From Podarcis bocagei (taxonomy: Eukaryota), in the NCBI GenBank assembly GCA_964188305.1, contig OZ076890.1: DNA of 64,000 nucleotides; one strand, given 5' to 3'. The position numbers and the translations under genes are program-made. Under the pieces are notes generated by a model. That model searched no databases, was not told the DNA's origin, and saw only the letters and a program-made list of their open reading frames with translations. Positions 39,594 through 52,411 of the stretch are shown one piece after another. The number at the start of each line of letters is the position of its first letter. Position 1 is the first letter of the stretch.

Positions 39594-41335
39594 TTTTTGA
39601 ATGTGGTGAAACAGCTTCTCTCTCAGACCATTTTCTAGAGTTTGGCTGGAGACTGTCAAACTAGAAGTATCTAATCTGAAGAATTGAAACACTGTATACC
39701 AAGGAAAACATTGAATTTTGAGTCATTTAATTTTCCTGGGCTCTTGGCCCAGTGACCTGGGATTTAGTGGCTTTTCATGTTTGTTTGTTTGTTTTCCTTT
39801 CAGTCTCCATGCAGATGTGAAGGAAACCTTATGGTCAGCATGAAAAGCTCTAGCTTCTAATTTTTGGCATGGAACACTCAAGTAGAATTAGCTCCATAAA
39901 TCTGTGTTATCCTGTTACTACAGATTCTTCACGCTTGCACTTACAGCATACCTTTACATCCAGTGCTCATATTACTTTGTATCTATAGGAAGGAATGCAG
40001 TTTGCAGTAGAATATTTCCTATATTAAAATGATAGGGTATAATAAGTTTGGTTTACCAATGCCCCAGTTTAGTATGGTGTTTTGTTTTTAAGCTGTGGAT
40101 GAACAGCTATATGCAAAATGAAGCTTTGTTATTCATTTTGAACATCTGTTTTAGAGTATGCCATAAAATTATTTAAAGAATTTTACCCCTCCTGCTGTCT
40201 CATACCCACAAAACAATGATCAAAAGGAATTTTAGCCTTTTAGTAAGGACTCTCCATATGCTGTGTTATATTGGGAGTCCAAGTCTTTCAGAAGCTTGAT
40301 GTTTCCACAACTGACCACTAATTATTATTTTTTCTAACAATAGATTTCTGGCAGTTGCCCTGATTCCTATAAGACTATACAGAATCTGAATTGCTTGGAA
40401 ATATGTTTCAAGTTCACAGTGCTATTTTGCATTTTCCTTGGATTATGAATCCGACAAGTGTTTCTGCTTTAATGGCTATATCAGAACCTATTTTCCTGTA
40501 TTATTTATTGTGCCTTATGCATTAAATATATCATAGTTATGATACATAATTATGTGTCATCTTGCCTACTCAGTATGGTCCTCTGATCACTCTGATCATT
40601 TTTATGATCAGATGCCAAATACTAATGAATAGATGACACATTCAGCTTCTTGCACTGTTCTCAGAGGCTCCTAGGTGTATGACTGTGTTTCTGGACTAGG
40701 CTGCCTAGGCTTGTGGAACTCACTCTCAACCCAGCCCTCCCAGGCTATAGTTTGAAACCAATTTCTGCATATTGGGGAACTGTTGGTAATATGACCTCCT
40801 CATGAGAACTGCCATGGGTTCTAAAGGACTCCCTCATGTTACGTTAAGAAAGTGCCCTGAAATGCATGCCTGACATGTAGCCAGAAGCAGGTTTGTAGGT
40901 TAAAGTTCACTTTATAAAGAATCAGGAAATAAGTAGATTGGCTCAAATATAAATCCAAGAAGCCTTAAAGAAGGCAAAGAAGTTGGCCTGTAATGGTGGA
41001 TTAGCATAATCCCTGCATATTGGAGTCTTGAGTAGTTTGACTATAAATTACTGGAGATTAAGTTTTCATTTCATTGAAAATGAGGATTTTGACTTCTGTT
41101 GCATAATGTTTCCCACACTGTGACATCTATGACTGTTTCTTGCTTGATGGCATTGTTATCTAACAAATGAAAAAGTAAAACAATTTGTCTTATTTGAGTG
41201 GCTGTATATTGATTATTTGTTCAAACAACTAATGGTGAGAAGTAATGACTTGCAAAACGCTTTGGGACTAGGAATTCAAAGCTCCTCTTATTATTGATTT
41301 AATAACTCCAGTGATCCTTAAGATTGAGTTAGTAT

Positions 41336-41346
41336 AATAAAATAAA
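41336..41346 (+). terminator. Candidate HLCS polyadenylation signal (overlapping AATAAA pair)
   Basis: aataaaataaa about 1.75 kb after the stop, followed about 30-45 nt later by a T-rich tract (tttttatttttattt). Confidence 0.5.
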
Positions 41347-42639
41347 TGGAAACTCCAGCAATGTATTTGGTACTCAATTTTTATTTTTATTTGCCTGTAG
41401 AATCCTTCTGTCCTATTGTCCTATCTCAGGAGCTTTTAAATGTATGATTCATACTATTTACCTGTTAGCTGCCAAATTAATAGAGCAGTGCTGTGCCACT
41501 TCATTGTTCAGTCTGAACCTTCATCCCAAGTCGCACAGCAATCCACTCCCCAGTTTCTACCTGACATCTTGCAAACATGTTCCTACTGTGAAAAGCTTAT
41601 GACTTTTCACATGTATGCACCATTTTAATAATGTAGGGTAGTTTGAGTATACATGACAGCCAAGATTGCTCACAATTATTCAGGAGGGTAAATTCAAAAA
41701 AGAGGTGTTGAATTTGGAGACGGGATCAGTGAAATTTAATTGTTGAAAGGTTCTCTAAAGCTTGTTCTTCATTTAATTCTGCCCCTTTCACTTACTAATT
41801 TCTGCCCTGGTTTTTAGAATGTGTTTGAGGAAATGTAGGGTACAATGTTATTTGGGCCAGTGAAAGATCAGACAGATGAGGGAAGGGATAACTTCATGCT
41901 ATCGTGTCATCTGGCAGTCCATCAGATGTAATTGTTTTGCTACAGAATACTATACCAGTGAACAGAAAAAAAACAGCTACCATATAGAATTTGGTATCTA
42001 CCTGGCATTCATTATCAAGGTTGGGCTGGATGAAAGGGACAGGCCTAATCTCTTCCTATGGTGTCCTGATTGGAGCAGCAGCAATATATATTCAGTGGCT
42101 GGGGAGAAGGGGTCCATCATCCACTTTCCTTTTCTTAGCAGCCTGTCCAGCAATTAACTGATGCCAAAGATTTATATCAGGTGCTGGGCTCTCAGGACAG
42201 GACAGGGTTCTTGTTGATGCGAGAGGTGGTCTTTGAGATGCTCTTGGAGACCTGCTCACTTGTTGCCATGCATGTCCGGATGGCAATGGCAAAGAGTGTT
42301 TTTTACTAGCTTTAGGTGGTGTGCCTGCTGCTCCTTTTCCTAGTGAAGCTTGTTCTGGCCTTTGTCGTTCATGCCTTAGTTATACAAGGTGACCTTCCAT
42401 AACAGTGTGAAAGATGGACAGTTCTCTGCTGGTGTTGACTTCTGTTTGCCTGAATGACTGAGCATGTGGTTGGTCTGGATCTTCCCCTTCTTCCGCTCCT
42501 CCCTGTTTCATGTATGCACAGAACACATTTTATTGATTTATTAAACTTGATTTTGTATTGTTTGACTATATTTGTTTCTTTTTGGAAAAAACAGCAAAAA
42601 TACCTGTTAATCAAAAAATTATATCTAGATTAGATAACA

Positions 42640-43540
42640 ATAATGCAATCTACATAGCGCTACCTTTGAAAATAGTTGGGCCAAGCTCCATCTGCTAGAG
42701 TTTTAGTTGGGCTTTATAGCTTAGAACTACCCTACTCATAGGGACGCGGGTGGCGCTGTGGGTAAAACCTCAGTGCCTAGGACTTGCCGATCGCATGGTC
42801 GGCGGTTCAAATCCCAGCGGCGGGGTGAGCTCCCGTCTTCGGTCCCAGCTCCTGCCCACCTAGCAGCTCGAAAGCACCCCTAAGTGCAAGTAGATAAATA
42901 GGTACCGCTTTATAGCAGGAAGGTAAACGGCGTTTCCGTGTGCTGCGCTGGTGCCGGCTCGCCAGAGCAGCTTCGTCACGCTGGCCATGTGACCCGGAAG
43001 TGTCTGCGGACAGCGCTGGCCCCCGGCCTCTTAAGTGAGATGGGCACACAACCCTAGAGTCGGACACGTCTGGCCTGTACAGGCAGGGGTACCTTTACCT
43101 TTACCTTTACCCTACTCATACTGGTTACCAATTTGTTTCCAAGCCAAATTCAAAGTGTTGGTTTCAACCTTTAAAGAACTAAAGAAGCTTGTCCTCTCCC
43201 ACATGAGCCTACTTGTAGCTTAAGATCAACAACAGACACCCTGCTCTGTGCCCCATTATAATTAGATGATGGGTGGGCATCAGAGACAAGGCCTTTTCTG
43301 TGCTGATACTTAGACCTGGAATGCCTCCTATGGCTTGCATTTTGCAGAGCTGTTTGCTTCTACTGGTATTTCGTACTAGACTAATTGCTTGGCCTATTAT
43401 TATTATTTTATCTTGCTATATATTTATACTGTTACTTCTTGAATTATTATTGAATTATTTTGTAGTTTATATATATGGTATGTTTTTTTGTAAGCTGCTT
43501 TGAATTTATTGGGTAGAAAATTGGGGTAGAAATTTGAATA
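42640..43540 (+). mobile_element. Old L2 3' remnant interrupted by the Sauria SINE
   Basis: Degenerate ORF2 C-terminal peptides on both sides of the SINE (LPLK upstream; WLPICFQAKFKVLVSTFK downstream), and an L2-type end tgtaagctgctttga. Confidence 0.65.
42741..43110 (+). mobile_element. Full-length Sauria SINE with an (ACCTTT)n tail and TSD
   Basis: Head gggacgcgggtggcgctgtgg, B-box ggttcaaatccc, Bov-B-like 3' part and an acctttacctttacctttac tail. Direct repeat taccctactcata at 42728-42740 and 43108-43120. CpG-rich. Confidence 0.93.
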
Positions 43541-43802
43541 AGACATAAGATTTTCTTACCTGGATAATAAAGAATGTAAACCTTTGTTAAAGTAAAAACA
43601 ACATATGGTTTGTTTTATTTCAAACCATATTACAGTTTTTTGCACTGGAAAAATTCTTTCATTTAATTTCCTTTCTGTAAATGAAAAGTAATGAAGTGTG
43701 GACATGTTGAAGCACAAGTGGATTAGGTGGGAATATCACTTTTACTTCTGCTTTTGAATGGCCTGCCCTGTACATACAAGACAACATACTGTCTTGAATG
43801 AA

Positions 43803-43820
43803 GTGTGTGTGTGTGTGTGT
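43803..43820 (+). repeat. (GT)9 microsatellite
   Basis: Read directly from the sequence. Confidence 0.9.
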
Positions 43821-45565
43821 CAGCATCAACTGTAAACTGTCATATACCTGACTTTATTTTTGTTTGCTTCAGAACAGTTGAACAAGGCCTTTCTGACTCA
43901 CAATTGTCGTAGTCAGAAAAGCCTGTGGGAATTTCTATAGGATACACAAGTAAAGGTGTGCATGGTGTACAGCTGGTAATCACATTGTTTTCCACATCAA
44001 ATTTGGCAACTACTCACCATTTCTGTATGAAAACCATTTCATAACAGTCCTTGTGACTTTATAACATAGCAAAATGTGTCTGGACAGAGTCTGGAGGAGC
44101 CAGCCAGGCATCCTGGAATCCAGAAGTAGCCCTCTGAAAATGTGCAATACTATTAAAATGTCCAGGTTAGTAAAACACCTTTTCCACTGTGTAGCTGATG
44201 TCGTCTTTCAGACTGTTCTGTAGATGAAGTGCTTTCAAAAATATTTCATTATGGTGCCCATATTTTTTTGCAATATGCGCTTTTCTTCCGGACCAAAGTT
44301 TTAAAACTCCTCATTACATATTAAGAAAATATCTGTACAGATTATTTATTGACAGTAAGGCTTCTTAAGGAACTCTGGTATGCTAGTATTTGAAAAGAAC
44401 GAGGTGAATTACATCCAGACAGAACTGATGACCTTTCCAGAATTACACAATTTCCACCAGGATAGGTACTCAGAACTAAGAATAAACTGGCATTAGTCAT
44501 CTATAAGCCTCCATAACACCTTGGAATACATGTCCTAGCAAGTCATTATGCCTCGGTTATCTTTTTAAAAGCATGGTGTGTTTATGCTATGGATCATGCT
44601 TTCCTTCTGCAGGGATTTTTTTCTTTTTAAACTGATTACAGGGTTATAAAGTGCAAGTTAATAGTTTTGTTTCAGCATATTTCTGATTTTTGAAGCTAGC
44701 TGGTGGGAATATTTATACATTGCATAGCTGCCCATAGAAGTGCTGTTAAACAATATATCGTGTGGAAAGCAGGACATAGCAGTTCTTTGTAGTCTCTGTG
44801 CAGTCTCACCTTTCTGTTCTCCGCATGTGTAGATTTATATTTGGAACTTCTGGAGCAAGCTGGTAACATTCTGGCATGAAAGACTTACCTGCACTGCCGT
44901 AGCACACACCTAAGAATTTCACCTTCTTGATCAATTCCTTTGTGACTGCTGCAGTAGCGATTACAGGAACGGTAGAAAGGTAGGCACTTCTTTCCTTCTA
45001 CCTCAGAACTTTGTTCCTCTTCTTTTTTTGCCTTGCCAGATACTTCTTCACCTACCCACAAGCAAACTTGGGACTGTCAAATGTTTGTACTGTTGCAGAG
45101 ATGCACTGCACAGTCTTGTAAAACGAAAGACTGCCATTCTAGCATTTTCAAGGAAAAAGTAAACTTCATCTTTTGTTTGGAAGTCCTTTTGGTGTTAAAT
45201 CCATCTGCAGCAATAGCATTTGGACCAACCTGAATGTTGCAAAATGGTAAGCAAGCCTTTATGATGGTTGTTAAACAAACAGAAATGGAGACGAGGGGGA
45301 AAACCTGTTTGATGTTGAAGTTGTGGAGTCTGCAGTCTTAACATAGACTGTGGAAGGGGTTAGCAAACTTAAATAGATAAGGCTGTACTAGGTACTATGC
45401 ATGTTAAGTTGTGTCTATGACTGCTGGGACAAAGAAATGTAAAGTGGTTGAACCCCATTTCTGAAAATATAGTCCAGTTGTTACCCAGACCTTTCTCCAT
45501 CATTAGATTCAACAGATACTTTGGTAAGGTGGAAAGCAGATATACTGAGAAACTAGGCAATTTTT

Positions 45566-45720
45566 GAACATCAAAGCAGCAGCAATAGAGACGATTGGAT
45601 CCCTTTCTGACCTCGAAGCATGGGTACCCCCAACAAAAATTTAAAATTTGGCTCTGTAATTTGGAACTAATGTGATTTGATTGGTTTGTTAATAAAAATT
45701 ATTTTTTTAAAAAAAAGAGA
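45566..45720 (+). mobile_element. 5'-truncated retroposon 3' end (probably L1) with a 19-bp TSD
   Basis: Perfect repeat gagaaactaggcaattttt at 45547-45565 and 45721-45739. The insert has AATAAA at 45691 and an A-run at 45709-45716. Confidence 0.8.
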
Positions 45721-45920
45721 GAGAAACTAGGCAATTTTTATATTAACTATAAAGCCGGAGATTATTTTTAAGTGGTGCACTCAGATAAACAAAGAAGTCA
45801 ATGCAAAGCAAATTGACTACTATTAGTAGTTGGAAAGACCTATAACAAAGCCCCTTCTTCCAAGTGATAGAAGCGAATCTTTCTCCAGTTTTAGGATTCC
45901 ACTCCTGAATAGGGTATTCT

Positions 45921-46037
45921 AAAGGTAAAGCATCCCTGACAGTTAAGTCCAGTCACGAATGACTCTGGGGTTGCGGTGCTCATCTCGCTTTATTGGTTGA
46001 GGGAGCCGGCGTACAGCTTCCGGGTCATGTGGCCAGC
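45921..46037 (-). mobile_element. Sauria SINE 3' fragment
   Basis: The reverse complement matches the 3' part of 42741-43110 (gctggccacatgacccggaag...gagatgagcaccgcaacccc...tttaccttt). Confidence 0.85.
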
Positions 46038-47049
46038 TTGCTCACTATTTTGAGATTTTGGCTAGTCCTAAAGGTATTGCCTAACTCATATTTTTTTTCT
46101 CACAGACCAACATGGCTTCATTTTTTATACTTAATACAACTTCATTCCATCATAGCTTGAGTTGAGGATGGGAATAAGTGCGGTGGGGGGAGCATTTAAT
46201 TAAGTATCAATAGAATTACATTCAAAAGTTCTGAATAAGCCCTAACATTTTGTCTGTTTCTAGAACTGCTATGCAGTGAGGAAAACAAATGATGTATTTC
46301 ATTTCATTGAATTACCTAAATTGGTCAGTGTAATATTAAAATACAATAAACATTAAACGTATTTTATAAATACACATTATTTGTACTGTACTTCTAAAAC
46401 CAAGCAAATAATAGAAGTCCATTATTCCTTTGTCTACAGTATTTTATTTAACATAGTCTTATGTAATAAATAAGCAAAAGCTTTACAATTTAAGGGAATA
46501 GATATATAATCCTAAGCAATAGTAGGATGTGTATGTATTTCTTTTTCCACATACTTTTGTCAAATAATTTATTTTTGCATCATAAAAAAGCAAAATCTAA
46601 TGTTCCAGTAGAGGAACAAACAGAAGAGTTTTCTCTCAAGAAACTAGCTCAAAAAACTGTATCGTGATTTTGGACAAGTAAAATTATAGTAGGAATTTTA
46701 TTAATGCATTCAATGCTGTCCTTTACTTATGAATGTGAAGTTCAAATCCTAAACCTATTTACTAGTGAGCAAGCCCCACTAAACATAGCTAGACTCACTT
46801 TCTGAGTAAACATGCATAGGATTATGCATCTTAAAATTATTCACTGGTTTGTTGCTGCAAAGTTGAGCTTTTTAACCAAAGTAGATTGATGCGAGGGAAA
46901 TCTACACAATTGTACTCAGCAGAGCAGTTTGTACTAGGTGTGTGTGGCATTTCTACTCATAAGATACAAAACTGAGGGTTACATTCCCCAACTCCATTTT
47001 TTACCATTTCTTACAAAGTGTATAGAACCCTGCAAAGTACAGTGATAGG

Positions 47050-47218
47050 CTTTTTTCTGGGGGGACACAGTGGTACACATACCCCTAAACATTTTGTGAA
47101 TCTTTGTACTTTTCTTCATTTACTGTATTTATTTTCCACAATTTGAACTATAAAATGGTGATTTTCTTGAGTCAAAATGGGAGTACCCCTAAACATTTTT
47201 TTAGAAAAAAAAGCACTG
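47050..47218. mobile_element. hAT-type MITE with a damaged left TIR
   Basis: 8-bp TSD gtgatagg (47042-47049 and 47219-47226). Right end ...aaaaagcactg; left end cttttttctg lacks the terminal cagtg. Internal repeat acccctaaacatttt occurs twice. Confidence 0.75.
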
Positions 47219-49386
47219 GTGATAGGTAATTATAGTTCATTAATTATAGTTCATAATCAAGAAGAGAAATGGCAAAGAAAAAAGTGGGTGTCCCACTCTC
47301 TGTACTTCCATTGCATGTAAATGATACATCCAGTTTTCAAGTACTATTCAGGATTTTTAAAGTTTTATCCATCGTGAGAGGGAAGGGCTGCATATGACAG
47401 CCTCACCCCTCATGACTGGGAAGGTCTGCAGAGGGACTGTAAGTACATTGAGCTGAAAAGGGTTCCAATTCTTAGGAAGCCTGATTGCAGGGAGCACTGT
47501 AAGCTCATAAACAAAAATGTGCTTGCAAGTCCTCTTCAGGTCTTCCCAGGAAGATCAGAAGCGAAGGGCCAGAGCAGGCATGTGCATCCTTGAGTCCTCT
47601 CTGTGGATAGGACTTCAAAATGCCTAAGGTAATTTATACATTGTGATAGTGGCAGGTTGTTAATTATTTGAAACTGCTTATCGTCAACAGCATTACCTAA
47701 GTGACACCGGGCAATTGAACAGTTTAAAAAGTGTACTTTTCAGAAATATTTTCTTTCTTACAAAGTGAAAGAGGCTTAGCATATATACAGTCACTCTGAA
47801 GAAAATAAAGTAAGTATGCTACACTGCAGCTGTGTATCAGATTTCTTTTTATGAGTTAGCTAATTGCCTGTATCTCATTGGGGAATACATTTTTTCACGT
47901 AGCAAAATAAACAAATGTTATTTGGCATAAATGTATTCTGTCAGGATTACATCTGCATGAACACTTTGAAAGACTGTAAACAAACTTGCATCTGGCAATA
48001 TAATTGTGTAATGACATCATGATAAGATCATTCACAAAAGCTCCTTTCTATGAAGACAAGCTAAGGGTGCTGCTGATGTTTTCAGCAATATCAGTTACAT
48101 CAGAAAAGGTATCAACGTTCACAGAATTTACCTTGGGCATCTGGGAGGATATTTTTGTTTGGCTGTTAGGGGGGAAAGTTCACTTCCATCCTGTTAAGTA
48201 CATTAGTCCAATTTAACTATAAAATTAAGTCTCTGGCAAGTTTGTTGCCCAGATAATTTATGCATGTTCTTAACACTTAGAAGACACACCACCAAGCAGC
48301 AGTTTTTTGTAGTCAAGGTATTGAAATATGTTCTACAACAATTAGCACTGTGCAAAGGTTGTGTCAGACACCTCTTAGTGCAGTGTGGTGAATATTACAA
48401 AGATGAGGCTAGAGCCCAAACTGTAAATGTGAAGTTCCCTTTATCTTAAAAACCATTCAAAATAATGCAGTTTTGAGCCTTCCAATTTATAAAATACTCT
48501 AAGCATTTATCCAAATGTAACTATGACCAAAGAATGGTAGTCAGTTCACCTGGAAGCACACACTTTTTTTTCTCAGCCTGAAAGATCAATCACAAGAGGG
48601 AATGAACAAGGCCATTCATTCAAACAAACAAACAAACAAACATGTGCAATAAAGAAGGATGACCCAGTACCCCATAAAGCACTAGAGATGAAACATATTA
48701 GTCATGGTGAACAATGGGCTGAAGGCAAGGTGCCAAGCACCTATGGGAGAAGCGTATTTCTACACTTTGGGAACTATTGGCTTCAACTCAAGGCACAGGC
48801 TAAGTCTGAATTCTAATGTACACTGCTTTGGCACTACTTAAAAATGTGCATGCTCACAATGGTTAACTTTAATTAGGGCAATACTGAGCACAACCGATCA
48901 CTTTTAAAAAGCTTATTTCCTTACAGTAACAAATAGCCTTATAAAATTAGACAAGGAAATGGATTGTATTGCTGCGTCTAAATGCAGAAAAATAGTTTAA
49001 GAAAATGTCATTACCTTTCCACTTAGTTGAGATTTGAAAAGGTGCAATCAAAGCTGTTTCCATATTGCACAAGTTAAATTATATATTATTTCTTGGAGAA
49101 ATATTCTTAAATTGGTTCTGTCTATACTCAAAACAACGGCAAAACTGTTATTTGCTTCCTGGGGGCACAGTTCTTCCATGCTTCTAATGAAAACTTCACT
49201 TGTCTGAAGGACATTTTAGAAGTTTTTGATGTAGCTCAGAGTTCAGCAAAGCTAAGAAAAACTAGTCAAATTAAAATATACATCTGACTCCAGTGTTAAT
49301 GTTCTTTAATGCCAACCATTTTTATACATAAGCTTTTTACATATTAGGGTGCCTTCTGTTCTGTGATAGAGTAAGATGATAAATGG

Positions 49387-49557
49387 TTTATTAGTTATGT
49401 TGAAATGACAACCACATTCTAGTAACTCCTAGTGTGCAAAACAACCTTCACGTGTATACACACCCACCACATGTACACAAGAGCTTCCCCCATTTAACTG
49501 GATAGCATGAACAACTTTGCGTGTGTATCCTTTTGTGCTATTGCTTATGATTTTATT
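49387..49557 (-). terminator. Candidate SIM2 polyadenylation signals (AATAAA at 49557-49552 and 49392-49387)
   Basis: Two minus-strand AATAAA hexamers 1.1-1.3 kb after the stop. The true site cannot be resolved in AT-rich DNA. Confidence 0.3.
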
Positions 49558-50648
49558 AAAGCACCCACAGAAAACTGGAACACAGGAGAGCTATATATTT
49601 ATCGTATTAAATCTTTGCAGGTACTTGAGTTGCCTCACCTTCCAGATTAAACATTACAAAGCCAAAGATGAATATACTACGTGCTCTACAAAAAATGCAA
49701 AATAAAATGTAAGTGCCTGAGAATTCTCATCTAATCATTAGTGCAGTTGGTGAATGTATTTTATCATATCTTAACCATAAAAGTTGCTAAAACTGGCTGG
49801 GCTAAAAACGTAAGTCCACCAAACAGAAAAGATTTGAAGTCTGGTTGACAGAGCAAAATGAAGAGAATGCAACTTCACTCCTCTTTGGCTGGCAACAAAT
49901 ACAGTTTTGGATATATTCTAAATGGAAAGTGTATTTGAAACAGTGAAAACCTTTGTCTTTCGTTTTCAAATAGACGATTTGATTTCCCCCCCTCTACAAT
50001 GTAACAATCACCAGCTCTTTGGTAGTAATCTCCAAGCTTATTGGGCAAGTAGATTTTCATTTTCTAAAGATGCATAGTAGCCATGCAGCCTGGCAATTCT
50101 ATACTGCCTTGAGTAATATATATCCAAGCCACATGAATTTTAAAAAAATGGTTTAATTTCAGGGATTGAAATCCTAAATGCATGTCCCCAAGGTAATGCA
50201 TTGGACGGCAGTTAAACAGAGACTATCACAAATAACTGGTAACTACTGTCTCATACCAGACTGTCTGTTTGTTAAGTGATCTATAACTTTCAAATAATTG
50301 AGGGATTGTATTTTTTAAGAAAACAAAGTCACTCTATGTATCAGCACATAAACTCTTATAATTTAACTTATATACTGTAAAAATAACAAAAATATGATCT
50401 GTTACATGGCTTCTTACTAGCAGAGTCAACTGCAGAGATTAATCTGGAACAACAAAGCACTGAAGCTACCGGTAATTTTTTCCCCTTGACCTTAAAGGTA
50501 CTGTTACACATGGCTTGCCAAGAATGCATGCAAGTTTGTCCCACTGATTTTAAACCATGCTCACTAAGTGCAACCATGTATCCTCATGCTTCAGGGGAAC
50601 TATTCCAGTTTATTTATTTATTTTATAAACCACAGCTTTCTATTACTG

Positions 50649-51379
50649 TCACCTTCCATTGGCTATTATTACAGATGTTCCAATATAATGGGGAAGTGCA
50701 GGCTCCTTGTGAGCCTCAGGGGAAGAGGCTGATGAAGGACTTTGGTTTTTGTAAAACATATTTACTTCCTCAGAACTGTGTCCATAATTCTCTGCTACAT
50801 GTCCTGTGGCAGTACACGAAGAAGTTTGAAATGTACCATGTTTGGCTAAAACCCGGTGGTAGTTGAGAAGTACAAATGGAACTTGCCCTGCATGCCTAAC
50901 ATCCACAGTGTGATCGTTTTCAGAGTCATGATCAAACTTTCCGGTCATTCTGTCATCAGGTTCCAGCTCACCTAGATTTGCAGCATGATGGGCAATGTGC
51001 TCAAATTTTGGTTCTTTCATACAAATTCTTCTTGTTTGTTCATATACTGTTGGAACTGGGAGAAGGTGATTTAATTGTCCAATAGATTTAGTTTGGAAAC
51101 ATTCAGATTTTGACAAGAAAGAGTTGGCTAAGGAGTTCGAAAAGGGCTTTTCACTTAAGTTGTTTTTTTCTTGTACACCTCTATTGAAAACTAGCTTATT
51201 TTCTTCTTTAATGAGATGATGATGTGCTGGATATATTCGGCTTTCCATTTTGTTGCTGTGCTTTATAATGGTGGAATCATAGCTCTCTTCTTTATATCTG
51301 CTATTTGCTGCTAGGGTGGCACAGCTTGCAAAGCTGTCAGATGTACTGTCTTGGCTATATCTTCTGTTTGGTAGTGGCA
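50649..51379 (-). CDS. SIM2: SIM2 terminal coding exon (exon 11)
   Basis: ttctttcaaag acceptor, phase 1 matching exon 10. Translates (V)PLPNRRY...ALPHYIGTSVIIANGR-stop; the terminal motif is typical of SIM proteins. Confidence 0.95.
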
Positions 51380-52411
51380 CTTTGAAAGAAAGAAAAATAA
51401 AGTTATTTAATGAAAGCAGTTCAAGCAACAAAGTGTAGTTTGAACATACAGTAAAGTCTATTTAGATTGGGGACATTCGTTTAATGCTGTTTTTGAGCTT
51501 GCTTTAAAGCCTTTGTGCAAATTAGCAAGTAGCTGCATTCCAAATAGAATCAGGAGGGGGGAAGGAATAACTTATCCATTCCTTCTCCATGCCAAATTGC
51601 AAGATGGGAGTTAAAGCAGGTTCTTAGAAACTCTAAATTATAGCTAATTACCTTCTGAGACAACTGGAGCATTATTGGAACTATTTAAAAATGTAATTTT
51701 TGTAAACAATTTTGAGTTTTATTTTTTTACTTTGGATACATACCTTCATAAACGGGCAACATAATCAGATGTAATACATGAAAATGCTTTCCATTTGATT
51801 TATAAGGCTTGTTTGTGCTACCTGTGGAACACTCCAAAATATGCTCCCTAAAGAAAAGTTGCTATTGTGATCAGTATTGTACCCACAAAAACTCTTTCTT
51901 TTCAGATCTGATTATCTGACAAAACAACAATATTGTGAGGACAATGTGGCCCAGTTGTCTGCCCTGATGTAGCCCCATGAACTCTAGTGTGAGGTCTACA
52001 ATATATAGGATTGTCAGTAAGCTTGTAGTAGCAGGGCTACACAATCAAAAGTGTGTTGTATGAATACACCCTAAGAAAATCTAGGAGACCTAAGAAAACT
52101 GAATTTAGGCTTCTTGTTAAATTCTTTGCAACAGAATTGGGGTAATTTTAGTTATCAATCAGATTTGCATCTTAACTATTATTATTGCATTATGTTCAGA
52201 AAGAAATATGAACAATTCAGGAGCAAAATTAAAGTGTAAATGTAAGTTGCAACTATTTTCAGCCCTTTCCTTAACAACTCATCAGCCTCTTTTTCTTAAG
52301 GGTTTAAAATAGCTTTACCCACTACACACGTTTAATATTTGAAAAATATTTAACATGTATGAATTTTTCCTGGGTATAATAGAGCTTCAGATTTGTTCAT
52401 TTAATACACAC

